From assembly GCA_963718605.1 (NCBI GenBank), contig OY970363.1, positions 1,262,150-1,326,149 of the forward strand: a stretch of DNA of 64,000 nt. The letters are read 5' to 3'. Source of the stretch: an uncultured Actinomycetes bacterium (GTDB taxonomy: Bacteria; Actinomycetota; Acidimicrobiia; Acidimicrobiales; JACCXE01). Position numbers and translations under genes: made by a program. Under the pieces are notes generated by a model. The model did no database searches. It had not been told where the DNA came from and worked only from the letters and a program-made list of their open reading frames with translations. Shown in pieces: positions 29,301 through 39,077 of the stretch (its first letter is position 1; the number at the start of each line of letters is the position of its first letter).

Positions 29301-30461
29301 ATGGAGTCGGTTAGAAGCAGGTTCCCGGGAGCGCAGGACGGCTGGGCTCGCTTCGACGGGCCCGGTGGTACGCAGATGGTCGACGTCGCGATCGACGCGA
29401 TGCGTGACTATCTGCGGTCGGGACACAACGCGAACAGCCATGGTGAGTTCGCGGCGAGCGCGGCCACCGACGCGATGGTCGCCGCGTCGCGCGCCTCCGT
29501 GGGACGTCTGCTCGGCGCGGATCCGAACACCGTGGTCTTCGGCCCGAACATGACCAGTCTCATGTTCGCGTTCACGCGAGCCATCGCGCGCACGTTGGAA
29601 CCCGGAGACGAGATCGTGTGCACGCGTCTCGACCACGACGCCAACGTCACGCCGTGGGTGCTTGCGGCCCAAGACGCCGGCGCCCGCGTCGTGTTCGCCG
29701 ACTTCGACGCGGCGACCGGTCGCTTGCCAGTAGACGCGGTGGCGTCGGTGCTCACCGACCGCACGCGCTGGGTCGCGGTGAGCGGCGCGTCGAATGCGAT
29801 CGGGACGATGCCCGATGTCGCTGCCATCGCTACCGCGGCGCACGCCGCGGGCGCGCGCCTACTGGTGGACGCGGTGCACCTGGCGCCGCATTGCCGCATC
29901 GACGTCGGCGCGATGGGCTGTGACGTACTCATGTGCTCGCCGTACAAGTGGTACGGGCCGCACGCCGGGGTGCTGTGCGGGAACCCGGACGTGCTCGCTT
30001 CGATTACGCCCTACAAGGTGCGACCAGCGTCGGACGCGGCGCCGAACCGGTTCGAGACGGGCACGCCGTCATTCGAAGCCATCGCCGCGACCGGAGCCGC
30101 CGCGGCGTTCCTCCTCGAATTGGGCATGGACAACGTGCGCGCATACGAGGCCGCGCTGTTCGAACCGTTGCTCGGCGGGCTACTCGCCAATGAACGGGTC
30201 CACGTGCACGGTCCGCGTGACCTCGTCGACCGTACGCCGACCGTTTCGTTCACGGTCGACGGTCACTCGCCCGACGAAGTGGCGCGGCGATTGGCCGCCG
30301 ACGGTGTCGCCGTGTGGAGCGGCGACTACTACGCCGTCGAGGTCATGGCCGCGCTCGGGCTCGCGGCGAGCGGGGGCGCCGTGCGCGCCGGCTTGTCGGT
30401 GTACAGCGACGCCGATGACGTGGACCGATTGTTAGCGGTGGTCGCGACGTTGACCGGTTAG
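29301..30461 (+). CDS. Cysteine desulfurase-like class V PLP enzyme (subfamily lacking the catalytic Cys)
   Basis: FDGPGGTQ, LDHDAN, VDAVH, CSPYKWYGPH, FETGT; SGDYYA where SufS/IscS have the Cys loop. Confidence 0.85.
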   Translation: MESVRSRFPGAQDGWARFDGPGGTQMVDVAIDAMRDYLRSGHNANSHGEFAASAATDAMVAASRASVGRLLGADPNTVVFGPNMTSLMFAFTRAIARTLEPGDEIVCTRLDHDANVTPWVLAAQDAGARVVFADFDAATGRLPVDAVASVLTDRTRWVAVSGASNAIGTMPDVAAIATAAHAAGARLLVDAVHLAPHCRIDVGAMGCDVLMCSPYKWYGPHAGVLCGNPDVLASITPYKVRPASDAAPNRFETGTPSFEAIAATGAAAAFLLELGMDNVRAYEAALFEPLLGGLLANERVHVHGPRDLVDRTPTVSFTVDGHSPDEVARRLAADGVAVWSGDYYAVEVMAALGLAASGGAVRAGLSVYSDADDVDRLLAVVATLTG

Positions 30462-30763
30462 GACTCGATCGTGAGCGACGGGATGGTCACGATCTCGAAC
30501 ACGAGACGCACCGCCGGCCGCAGATTCCGCAGCGTGAGCTTGGCCCCGAGACGGATGGCTTCGATCAAGGCCCGGAGCCCACTGGAATCCATGAAGGTCA
30601 CTTCGGCGAGGTCTACGACCAGGTCGATGGCGCCGTCCGTGACCAGGCCGACGAGCGCGTCACGCAACACCGCTTCGGTGCTGACGTCGATTTCGCCGGC
30701 AACGGCCAGCTCGGCGTGTTGGCCGTTCACTGATCGCACGGCGACGGTCAGGGTCTCAAGCAT
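30458..30763 (-). CDS. STAS-domain anti-anti-sigma factor
   Basis: VAGEIDVST, VVDLAEVTFMDSSGL with the phosphorylatable Ser. Confidence 0.9.
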   Translation of the reverse strand: MLETLTVAVRSVNGQHAELAVAGEIDVSTEAVLRDALVGLVTDGAIDLVVDLAEVTFMDSSGLRALIEAIRLGAKLTLRNLRPAVRLVFEIVTIPSLTIES

Positions 30764-30784
30764 CGGTCCATATTCGCACGGCGC

Positions 30785-31556
30785 TCACGCGTTTCGGATC
30801 ACCACCACCGCGATGTCGTCGCGGGCGTGGCTGACCTGGAATGCCATCACCTCGTCCGCGGCTCGCTCGGCCAGATCACCAGCCGAATCCGCCGGCCGGG
30901 TCAGCGACTCCATCAGCCTCGGCTCGCCGTAGAACTCGCCGGCGTCGTTGCGTCCCTCGACCATGCCGTCCGTGTAGAGCACCAAAGTGTCGCCCCGCGC
31001 CAGCTTGATCGACACGTCGTGGAACTCGACCTCGTCGAAGAGGCCGAGCAAGGAACCGGGCTTGCCCAGGTTCGTGGCCGCGCCGTGTCGAGTCAGCACC
31101 GGATACGGATGGCCGCCGGTGCTCATGGCTGCGATCCACGCCCCGTCGGCATAGCGGAGCCGCACGATCACCACGGTGCAGAACCGGTTCGTCGGGTGCT
31201 CCACGAGCGCCGCGTTCAGCACCCGCAGCAACGCGCTCGGGTTCCGGGTGGCGTAGCGCGTTGCTGCGCACGACGTGGCGGGCGGTGGATGTGACGATGG
31301 CGGCGTCGGTGCCCTTGCCGCTGACGTCGCCGAGCGCAACGCACCAGTCCCCCTCCGCCACTTCGAACACGTCGTAGAAATCGCCGCCGACGTCGCCGCT
31401 CGCCGGCCGGTAGACGGCTGCGACATCTAGGCCCGGCACCCGAGGGGGCGTCGGTGGGATCAGCGTCTGCTGCAGCGCATGGATGAGCGCCGCGGCGCGC
31501 GCCTCGCTTTCCTCCGCGCGCCGAAGTAGTTCGTCGGTGTCGGGCCGTGTCGCCAT
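30785..31556 (-). CDS. PP2C/SpoIIE (RsbU-like) Ser phosphatase (one +1 frameshift near 31245)
   Basis: LQQTLIP, YRPA..VGGDFYD, LGDVSGKG in the first frame; GGHP, LVLYTDG, DDIA in the second frame. Confidence 0.85.
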
Positions 31557-31602
31557 GTCCACCCGCAGACTAGAAGGCGGCGCAACGGTAGATACTGGCG
31601 CG

Positions 31603-32136
31603 ATGAGCCCAGCCAAATCCTCGTCGGCGGCGTGTCCCGCGTGTGCCGTTGTCGACGCAGCCGATGGACTGGCGGACGGCAACATGTTTTCCGTCACCAG
31701 CAAACACATCGGTCACGAGAACCGGATCATCGAGAGCCTGAAACGCAAGGAGGACCGGATAGCCGATGGCATTACGACCTTCGCCGGCTCGCTGAACTTC
31801 GTCTACATCCACACGGTGTGGTTCGCGATTTGGATCGCGCTGAACGTCGGCCTCGTCGGCGCCGGTTTGAAGTTCGACAAGTTCCCGTTCGGGCTGCTCA
31901 CGATGATCGTCAGCCTCGAAGCGATCTTCCTGTCGACCTTCGTGATGGTCAGCCAGAACCGGCAGGCGGCGCGGGCCGACATCCGCGCCGAGCTCGACTT
32001 CGAGACGAACCTGCGATCAGAGATCTGGGCAGTCCACATCGGCCAGGCGCTCGGCGTCGACCCCGAGCATGTCGAGTCCGTGGTGCGGATCGCGATCGAC
32101 GGCTCGCGTAAGAGCCTGGCGTCGCCGAGTACGTGA
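31603..32136 (+). CDS. DUF1003 family membrane protein
   Basis: RIADGITTFAGS, FDKFPFGLLTMIVSLEAIFLSTFVMVSQNRQA. Confidence 0.88.
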   Translation: MSPAKSSSAACPACAVVDAADGLADGNMFSVTSKHIGHENRIIESLKRKEDRIADGITTFAGSLNFVYIHTVWFAIWIALNVGLVGAGLKFDKFPFGLLTMIVSLEAIFLSTFVMVSQNRQAARADIRAELDFETNLRSEIWAVHIGQALGVDPEHVESVVRIAIDGSRKSLASPST

Positions 32137-33182
32137 GCGCGGATGGAATCGACGTCACGTTTCTCGACGACGGCGGCCAGCAACCGTCCGACGTGTTGGA
32201 CCAGTTGGTTGCCTTCATCGCCGCCGCGACCCAAACCCTCGACCTCGCCGTCTACGACGCGCACCTATCGGATGACAGCGCCAACCGGTTGATCGCGGCG
32301 CTTGACGCGGCAGAAGCGCGTGGCGTGCGCGTGCGCGCCGTCTACAACGACGAGTCGCGTGGCGCCGCCGCCGTACCGCCGCCCGCGGGGCCGTCGTCGC
32401 TGGCGCGCCTCGCCGCGGCTATCCCATCCACCGCTATCCCAGGCGTGCCCGACCTGATGCATCACAAGTACATGGTGCGCGACGCCACCGACGTGTGGAC
32501 CGGCTCGACCAACTGGACCGACGACGCGTGGTCGCACATGGAGAACGTGATCGTCACGGTGGCCTCCGCCGATCTCGCGGCGGCCTTTACGAGCGATTTC
32601 GACGAACTCTGGAACGGCAAGCGGGTCGAGACCAGCGGCACGGTGATCGACCAACCCGCGTTGGTCGGCGGCGCCCGCGTGCGCGCGTTCTTCTCGCCCG
32701 GACGCGGCCGGCAGCTGGGCCTGACGATTGCTACTGCAGTTGCACGGGCGACCGAGCGCGTCCGCATCTGTTCGCCCGTGCTCACCAGCGGACCCATCCT
32801 GTCCACGCTCGCCGAACTCCTCGACGAGAAGCGGTGCGGGGTGACGGTCACCGTCGACGGACCGCAGATGGAACACGCGCTCAAGCAATGGGCCGCGGAC
32901 GGTCGGGCCCGCTGGAAGGGCCCGTTGTTCGAGCGCGTGCGCTCGGCAGGCGTGCTCGCCGAGAAAGTGTCGCGGCCCTGGGAAGCGGGCCCGCCCCACA
33001 ACTACATGCACGCAAAGATCGTGGTCGCCGATGACGTCGTGTTCACCGGCTCGTACAACTGCAGCCACTCCGGCGAACGCAACGCCGAGAACGTCCTGGA
33101 GATTCGCGACGCGGCACTGGCGGATCGATTCGTCGCGTACTGCGACTCCGTGCATTCGAAGTACGGGAAGCCCGCGCCGTAG
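32133..33182 (+). CDS. Phospholipase D superfamily protein (two HKD motifs)
   Basis: MHHKYMVRD...WTGSTN and MHAKIVVAD...FTGSYN; no signal peptide. Confidence 0.9.
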   Translation: MSADGIDVTFLDDGGQQPSDVLDQLVAFIAAATQTLDLAVYDAHLSDDSANRLIAALDAAEARGVRVRAVYNDESRGAAAVPPPAGPSSLARLAAAIPSTAIPGVPDLMHHKYMVRDATDVWTGSTNWTDDAWSHMENVIVTVASADLAAAFTSDFDELWNGKRVETSGTVIDQPALVGGARVRAFFSPGRGRQLGLTIATAVARATERVRICSPVLTSGPILSTLAELLDEKRCGVTVTVDGPQMEHALKQWAADGRARWKGPLFERVRSAGVLAEKVSRPWEAGPPHNYMHAKIVVADDVVFTGSYNCSHSGERNAENVLEIRDAALADRFVAYCDSVHSKYGKPAP

Positions 33183-33191
33183 ATTCGCGTC

Positions 33192-33716
33192 GTGACGCTC
33201 GTTCCGGACGACAAGGACTGGACGTGGGTACTCGAGAAGCGCTGCGAAGAATGCGGCTTCGACGCAGCGCAGGTAGCCGCCACCGACGTCGCCCAGATGA
33301 CCCGGGACGCGAGCGCCAGCTGGGTCGAGGTGCTGACCACGCGCGAAGACGTCGGCATCCGCCCGCGACCCAACACATGGTCGCCGCTCGAGTACGGCTG
33401 CCACGTGCGCGACGTGTACCGCGTCTACACCGGACGGTTGCGGCGCATGTTGAACGAGGACGGTCCGCACTACGACAACTGGGACCAGGACGCGACCGCG
33501 CTCGAGGAGCGTTACGGCGAGCAGGTGCCGACGGCCGTCGCCGCGGAACTGCGCGACGAGGGCACCACAATCGCCAACCTGTTCGACAGCGTCGACGGCG
33601 ACCAGTGGCAGCGCGCGGGGTACCGCAGCGACGGCGCCGCGTTCACGCTTGACTCGATCTCGCGTTACTTCATCCACGACATCATCCATCACCTGCACGA
33701 CGTGGGCGCGGCGTGA
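33192..33716 (+). CDS. DinB-like protein
   Basis: WSPLEYGCHVRD...HDIIHHLHD metal-binding His set. Confidence 0.85.
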   Translation: MTLVPDDKDWTWVLEKRCEECGFDAAQVAATDVAQMTRDASASWVEVLTTREDVGIRPRPNTWSPLEYGCHVRDVYRVYTGRLRRMLNEDGPHYDNWDQDATALEERYGEQVPTAVAAELRDEGTTIANLFDSVDGDQWQRAGYRSDGAAFTLDSISRYFIHDIIHHLHDVGAA

Positions 33717-35029
33717 CAGGGATCCCGGGGCCGGGTCTGTTCGGCAACGCGGCGATCGGTCTCGGCATGCTGCGGCGGCCGACGAGCACGCTCGTCACGC
33801 TGCAGAAGAAGTACGGCAACGTGTTCAGGTTCGGCGCTGGGCCAACGGCCTTCACCGTGATGCTCGGCCCGGACGCGAACCGCTACATCCTTTCTGAGAA
33901 CCCGGAGAACTTCACGTGGCGCGAGGCGTTGAAGAACCTGATCATCGTGGACGGCGACACCGCGCTCGTCGTCAGCGACGGCCCCGAGCACCAACGCCGT
34001 CGTCGTCTGGTGCAACCCGCGTTCGCGACGCGCGCAATCAACGGATACGTCGACGTGATGGTCGACGAGGCGACGCGCACGATCGACCAATGGACCGTCG
34101 GCAGCGAGGTGAACGTGTACGACGAATTGCGTCGCGCTATCCGCCGTATCGCGATGCGCACGTTGTTCGGCGACACGCTGGGCGACCGTTCCGAAGAGTT
34201 TGGCGATTCACTCGCGACCGCGATCGACTACGTGAACAGTCCGAAACAGGTGATCGCGCAGCTGCCGTTGCCGTTCACCGGTTACTTCGGCGCGGTGAAG
34301 GGCCGCAAGCGCGCCGATCAGATCGTGCAGGCAGAAATTGACCGCCGCCGCGCCCTGCCGCCGACCGACAACGACCTGCTCGACCGCCTCATCAACGCGA
34401 CCGATGACGAAGGGGGCGCCGCGCTGTCCGACACCGAAGTGCTCGATCAGGTCGTGTCGTTGGTTGTCGCCGGTTATGACACCACGAGCGCCGCGGCGGG
34501 TTGGACCCTGCACGAACTGCTGCACAACGACGGTGAGTGGAAGCGCGCCGCAGTCGAGGTGCACGAGGTCGTAGGCGACGACCGGCTTACCGTCGACCAC
34601 CTCGCGCGCCTGCCGCATCTCGACCGCGTGGTCAACGAGTCGTTGCGCCTGTGGCCGCCCGGCTTCATAAGCGCCCGCAAAGCCAAGGACGACTTCGTCT
34701 TCGACGGGCACTCGATCAAGGCGGGCACGATGGTCCTGTACTCGCCCTACGTCACCCAGCGCATGCCCGACTTCTGGACCGAGCCCGACCGCTTCAATCC
34801 CGATCGGTGGCTCGACCTGGAGGTCGACCCGTACGCGTTCGTGCCCTTCGGTGGGGGCTATCGCCGCTGCATCGGCTTCGCGTTCGCAACGCAGGAGCTC
34901 AAGGTTCTGGTGGCCGAAGTGCTGCGGCGGGTTGAGGCGCGGGGGCTGCGCCCGTCCGTTCAGCCTACGGGTATCGCTTCGCTAGGTCCGAAGGGCGGCG
35001 TGCCCGTCAGGATTCTTTCGGTTTCCTGA
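33713..35029 (+). CDS. Cytochrome P450
   Basis: AGYDTT (I-helix), ESLR (ExxR), FNPDRW, FGGGYRRCIG heme-Cys. Confidence 0.95.
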   Translation: MTGIPGPGLFGNAAIGLGMLRRPTSTLVTLQKKYGNVFRFGAGPTAFTVMLGPDANRYILSENPENFTWREALKNLIIVDGDTALVVSDGPEHQRRRRLVQPAFATRAINGYVDVMVDEATRTIDQWTVGSEVNVYDELRRAIRRIAMRTLFGDTLGDRSEEFGDSLATAIDYVNSPKQVIAQLPLPFTGYFGAVKGRKRADQIVQAEIDRRRALPPTDNDLLDRLINATDDEGGAALSDTEVLDQVVSLVVAGYDTTSAAAGWTLHELLHNDGEWKRAAVEVHEVVGDDRLTVDHLARLPHLDRVVNESLRLWPPGFISARKAKDDFVFDGHSIKAGTMVLYSPYVTQRMPDFWTEPDRFNPDRWLDLEVDPYAFVPFGGGYRRCIGFAFATQELKVLVAEVLRRVEARGLRPSVQPTGIASLGPKGGVPVRILSVS

Positions 35030-35055
35030 TTCCGCCGGCATGTAAGTTCGCCGGC

Positions 35056-35904
35056 ATGAAGACACTCGCGGGACGGGTCGGCGTCGTCACCGGTGCGGCC
35101 GGTGGAATCGGCAAGGGCATCGCGCAGGAACTCGCGGCCAACGGCGTGCATTTGATGTTGGCCGATGTGGAAGAAGCCACGCTGGCCCAGACCGTGGCTG
35201 ATCTGGCCGCGGACGGCGCCACCGTCGCGGGGCACGTGACCGACGTGTCCGACGCCGCGAGCGTGCAAGCACTGGCCGATGCGACCGTCGCCCGTTTCGG
35301 CGCCGCGCACATCGTGTGCAACAACGCGGGCGTTTCGGGCTTGGTGAACCGCTCGTGGACCGCCCCGACGCAGGACTGGCAGTGGGTGTTCGGCGTGAAC
35401 GTGTGGGGGGTGATCCACGGCATCCAGTCCTTCCTCCCCATCCTGCTCGAACAGGAGGAGGGCCACGTGGTGAACACCGGGTCCGCCGCGTGCTTCGAGT
35501 CGCTTCCCGGCATGGCCGCGTACGGCGCGAGCAAGCACGCCGTGCTTGCCATCAGCGAGGCGTTGTTCCGCGAGATGGCCGCCATGCAGGCGAAGGTCGG
35601 TGTCACCGTGTTGATCCCGGGCGGCACGGTGAACACCGCGATCATGAATTCGGAACGCAACTGGCCCGCAGCGTTCGGGCCGGTGCCCGCCGCCGATCCC
35701 GACCCCGTGAGCCAAATCATCAAAGCGGGCTTCGCGCATGCGATGGCCGCGGGCAACGACCCGCGCATCACCGCTGCGCCGCTCATCGATGCGATCACGA
35801 ACGACCGGTTCATGGTGTGCGATGAACCGGACATGCTCGTCCAATGGGCCCACCACCCGACCAAATTGGGTCAGGGCGAAAACCCGTCATGGCCGCCGGC
35901 GTAA
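35056..35904 (+). CDS. Classical SDR oxidoreductase
   Basis: TGAAGGIG, NNAG, YGASK. Confidence 0.92.
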   Translation: MKTLAGRVGVVTGAAGGIGKGIAQELAANGVHLMLADVEEATLAQTVADLAADGATVAGHVTDVSDAASVQALADATVARFGAAHIVCNNAGVSGLVNRSWTAPTQDWQWVFGVNVWGVIHGIQSFLPILLEQEEGHVVNTGSAACFESLPGMAAYGASKHAVLAISEALFREMAAMQAKVGVTVLIPGGTVNTAIMNSERNWPAAFGPVPAADPDPVSQIIKAGFAHAMAAGNDPRITAAPLIDAITNDRFMVCDEPDMLVQWAHHPTKLGQGENPSWPPA

Positions 35905-35917
35905 CTACGGTGCGCAG

Positions 35918-36901
35918 GTGCGCCGCGTCCTTTGTGCTGAGTACGGCCCGCCCGCGTCCCTAAAGGTGGTCGACGAGCCCGACCTCGTCGCCGAGCCCGG
36001 GCACATCGTCGTGAACATTGCCGCCGCGGGCGTCGACTACGTCGACGCTCTGATCATCGCCGGTCAGTACCAAATCAAACTGGCGTTGCCCTTCACGCCG
36101 GGCACCGAGTTGGCCGGCACGGTGTCATCAGTCGGCGAAGGCGTTACCGAGTTCGCCGTGGGTGATCGCGTGCTCGCCACGAACTGGGCGGGGTTCGCCT
36201 CGCAGGCCGCGTTGAACCTCGGCCCCGATCGCGCGATCAATGAAGCGGTGACGAAGATTCCCGACTCACTCGACTTCGACCGGGCCGCCGCCCTCACGCA
36301 GAGCTACTGCACGATGTGGTTCGCGTTCACGCAACGCATGCAACTTCGACCCGAGCATCGTTTGCTGGTGTTGGGCGCGGGCGGCGGCATCGGGCTCGCC
36401 GCCATCGACATCGCGCGCAGCATGGGCCTGACCACGATCGTGGCCGCGGCCTCGACCGACGAGAAACTCGACGCGGCGCGCGCGGAAGGCGCGACGCACA
36501 CGATCAATTACACAACCGAAGACTTGAAGGCGCGGGCCAAAGAGATCGGGGTGGATGTCGTGGTCGACCCGATCGGCGGCGAACTCGCTGAGGCCGCGCT
36601 GCGGGCGTCGGGCTGGATGAGCACCTACGTCGTGATCGGCTTTGCCAGCGGCGGCATTCCCCGGCTTCCCGCGAACCTCGTGCTGCTGAACAACCGAACG
36701 GTCGTCGGCGTCGACTGGGGGGCGTGGAGCGGCGGCGCGCCCGGCGAGCAGGCCGCGGTGCTCGCCGAGGTCTTGGCCGAGGTCGCCGATGGGCGGCTCA
36801 ACCCGCAGGCACCGCACCGCCGGTCTCTCGACGAAACCGCGGACGTGTTGCAAGACGCGCTCGACCGCAAATTGGTCGGCAAGACGGTGCTGATCCCCTG
36901 A
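35918..36901 (+). CDS. NADPH:quinone oxidoreductase (MDR/zeta-crystallin) family
   Basis: GVDYVD, PFTPGTE, LGAGGGIG, GVDVVVDPIGG, IGFASG. Confidence 0.9.
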   Translation: MRRVLCAEYGPPASLKVVDEPDLVAEPGHIVVNIAAAGVDYVDALIIAGQYQIKLALPFTPGTELAGTVSSVGEGVTEFAVGDRVLATNWAGFASQAALNLGPDRAINEAVTKIPDSLDFDRAAALTQSYCTMWFAFTQRMQLRPEHRLLVLGAGGGIGLAAIDIARSMGLTTIVAAASTDEKLDAARAEGATHTINYTTEDLKARAKEIGVDVVVDPIGGELAEAALRASGWMSTYVVIGFASGGIPRLPANLVLLNNRTVVGVDWGAWSGGAPGEQAAVLAEVLAEVADGRLNPQAPHRRSLDETADVLQDALDRKLVGKTVLIP

Positions 36902-36918
36902 GCCGATAAAAATACGCG

Positions 36919-37755
36919 ATGGAGCAATTCACGAACGACGGGTTCACCTTCGAGGTCACCGACGCCGGTTCGTCGAGCGACGACCTCATCGTCTTGTTGC
37001 ACGGGTTCCCCGAATCGCGGTCGGCGTGGACCCACGTCACGCCCCACCTGGTGAAGGCCGGCTACCGCGTGCTCGCACCTAACCAGCGCGGCTACTCGCG
37101 CGGGGCCCGTCCTAAGGCCCGCGGCGCGTACACACTTACCAAGCTCGGCGGCGACATCCTCGCGATGGCGGACCAGGCAGGTGTCGACCGGTTCCACGTG
37201 GTCGGCCACGACTGGGGTGGCGGCGTGGCGTGGGAACTCGCGGCGAACCACCCCGAACGGATCAAGACCGTGACGTCTTTGGCGACGCCGCACCCGCTCG
37301 CGATGGTGAAGGCGATAACCCGCGGCACGCAGCTGTTCAAGAGCTACTACATGGTGATGTTCCAGCTGCCCGTGATACCCGAGGCGGCCTTCGCCGGACG
37401 CATGAGCAAGCGCACGTGGGCGTCGCTGGGCAAGTCGGGTCTTCCCGACGAATACATCGCCGAGTACAGCCAGTTGATGCGCGAGCCCGGCGCCGCGCGC
37501 GGCGCGCTCAACTGGTACCGCGCGCTCCCCGTAGGTTCGCCGACCGGCGTGGGCGCGGTGAACATCCCCGCGATGTACATCTATGGCACGAAGGACCTGG
37601 CGCTCGGCCGCAAGGCGGCCGACCTCACCGGTGACTACGTGAAGGGCCCGTACCGCTACGAGATCCTCGATGGTGTGAGTCATTGGATCCCCGAAGAGGC
37701 TCCCGACACGACGGCCGAGTTGGTGCTCGACTTCGTCGGCTCGGTCAAGCCTTAA
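36919..37755 (+). CDS. Alpha/beta hydrolase (epoxide-hydrolase-like)
   Basis: LLHGFPE, PNQRGY, VVGHDWGG, SHWIPEE. Confidence 0.92.
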   Translation: MEQFTNDGFTFEVTDAGSSSDDLIVLLHGFPESRSAWTHVTPHLVKAGYRVLAPNQRGYSRGARPKARGAYTLTKLGGDILAMADQAGVDRFHVVGHDWGGGVAWELAANHPERIKTVTSLATPHPLAMVKAITRGTQLFKSYYMVMFQLPVIPEAAFAGRMSKRTWASLGKSGLPDEYIAEYSQLMREPGAARGALNWYRALPVGSPTGVGAVNIPAMYIYGTKDLALGRKAADLTGDYVKGPYRYEILDGVSHWIPEEAPDTTAELVLDFVGSVKP

Positions 37756-37760
37756 GCGCG

Positions 37761-38504
37761 TTACTTCTTCTTCGAGGGCGCGGCCATGCGTTCGCGCATG
37801 TCCTCAGGCAGGCCGAAGGGCAGCGTCCGCTCGAACAGCAGCGCCTCCTCGCGGGTCTGGCGTGCTTGCGCGGCGATGAGCGCTTTGTCGATGCGGTTGG
37901 TGCCGGCCGAGTTGCGCGCGATCTCGGTGGCGAGCGAGTGGACGAACACATCGAGTTCCAGATCGGGCACCGCGTGGTCGACGAGGCCGATCGCTGCGGC
38001 CTGATCACCGCTGATTCGCCGCGACGTGAACATCAACTCCTTCGCCCGCGACCGGCCAACGCGCTCGGGCAGCCGTACCGACATTCCCCACACCGGCACC
38101 AGCCCCCATTGACCGTGCGTGTCACCCAACTGCGCGGACTCCGCCGCGACGAGCAGGTCGCAACCCAGCGCCAACTCGAGGCCACCCGTGAAACAGTGAC
38201 CCTTGATCTTCGCGATCGTCGGCTTCGGCAGCGCCTCAAGCGCGTCGACGGTTTCCGACTCGTAGTGCCGCGACGGCGCGTGTTCGCCCTCGGAGATCGC
38301 GGTGAGATCGTGACCGGCGCAGAACGAGCGCCCGGCCCCGGTGAGCACAACGCAACGCACCGAGTCGTCGGTCGCCAGCGCGTCGAGATGGGTGCGCAGC
38401 GCCACGAACACGCTGGGCGTCAACGCGTTGAGTTTGTCGGGCCGATTGAGCGTGAGGGTAGCCACGCCATCTGCGTCGTCGCGCAGCACCAATTCGTCAA
38501 CCAT
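37761..38504 (-). CDS. Enoyl-CoA hydratase/isomerase family
   Basis: LTLNRPDKLNAL, FCAGHDL, GHCFTGGLEL. Confidence 0.92.
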   Translation of the reverse strand: MVDELVLRDDADGVATLTLNRPDKLNALTPSVFVALRTHLDALATDDSVRCVVLTGAGRSFCAGHDLTAISEGEHAPSRHYESETVDALEALPKPTIAKIKGHCFTGGLELALGCDLLVAAESAQLGDTHGQWGLVPVWGMSVRLPERVGRSRAKELMFTSRRISGDQAAAIGLVDHAVPDLELDVFVHSLATEIARNSAGTNRIDKALIAAQARQTREEALLFERTLPFGLPEDMRERMAAPSKKK

Positions 38505-38534
38505 GGCCGCACGTTAGGGGCAGACTTCGCCGCC

Positions 38535-39077
38535 ATGCCTCTACGCGCGCTCACGGTCTATTGCGGGTCGAGCATGGGCGCCGACGCCCGTCACCGCGAC
38601 ACCGCGGCTGTGCTCGGGGCGGCGCTCGCGTTCAACGACATCGAACTCGTCTACGGCGGCGGACACGTCGGCTTGATGGGTGTCGTCGCCGACGCGGCAC
38701 TGGCGAACGGCGGACGGGTCACCGGCGTGATCACGCAGTCGCTGCTGTACGCCGAGGTCGGCCACGGCAACGTCACCGAACTGATCACGGTCGACACGAT
38801 GCACGAGCGCAAGCTGCTGATGAGCGAGCGCGCCGACGCATTCGTAATGCTTCCCGGCGGTTACGGGACGCTCGACGAATTCTTCGAAGCGGTCACGTGG
38901 ACGCAACTCGGCATCCACGCCAAGCCGTGCACCGTGCTCGATCCGACCGGTTACTACGACGGGCTCATGGAGTTCGTCGACCGGTCCGTCGACGCCGGAT
39001 TCGTCAGCGCGAAAAACCGCGCGTTGATTACGCGCTTCGCGTCCGTCGACGAACTACTTGGCGCGCTTCAAGCCTGA
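38535..39077 (+). CDS. LOG family (Rossmann-fold, TIGR00730-like) protein
   Basis: VYCGSS, YGGGHVGLMG, MHERK, PGGYGTLDE. Confidence 0.92.
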   Translation: MPLRALTVYCGSSMGADARHRDTAAVLGAALAFNDIELVYGGGHVGLMGVVADAALANGGRVTGVITQSLLYAEVGHGNVTELITVDTMHERKLLMSERADAFVMLPGGYGTLDEFFEAVTWTQLGIHAKPCTVLDPTGYYDGLMEFVDRSVDAGFVSAKNRALITRFASVDELLGALQA

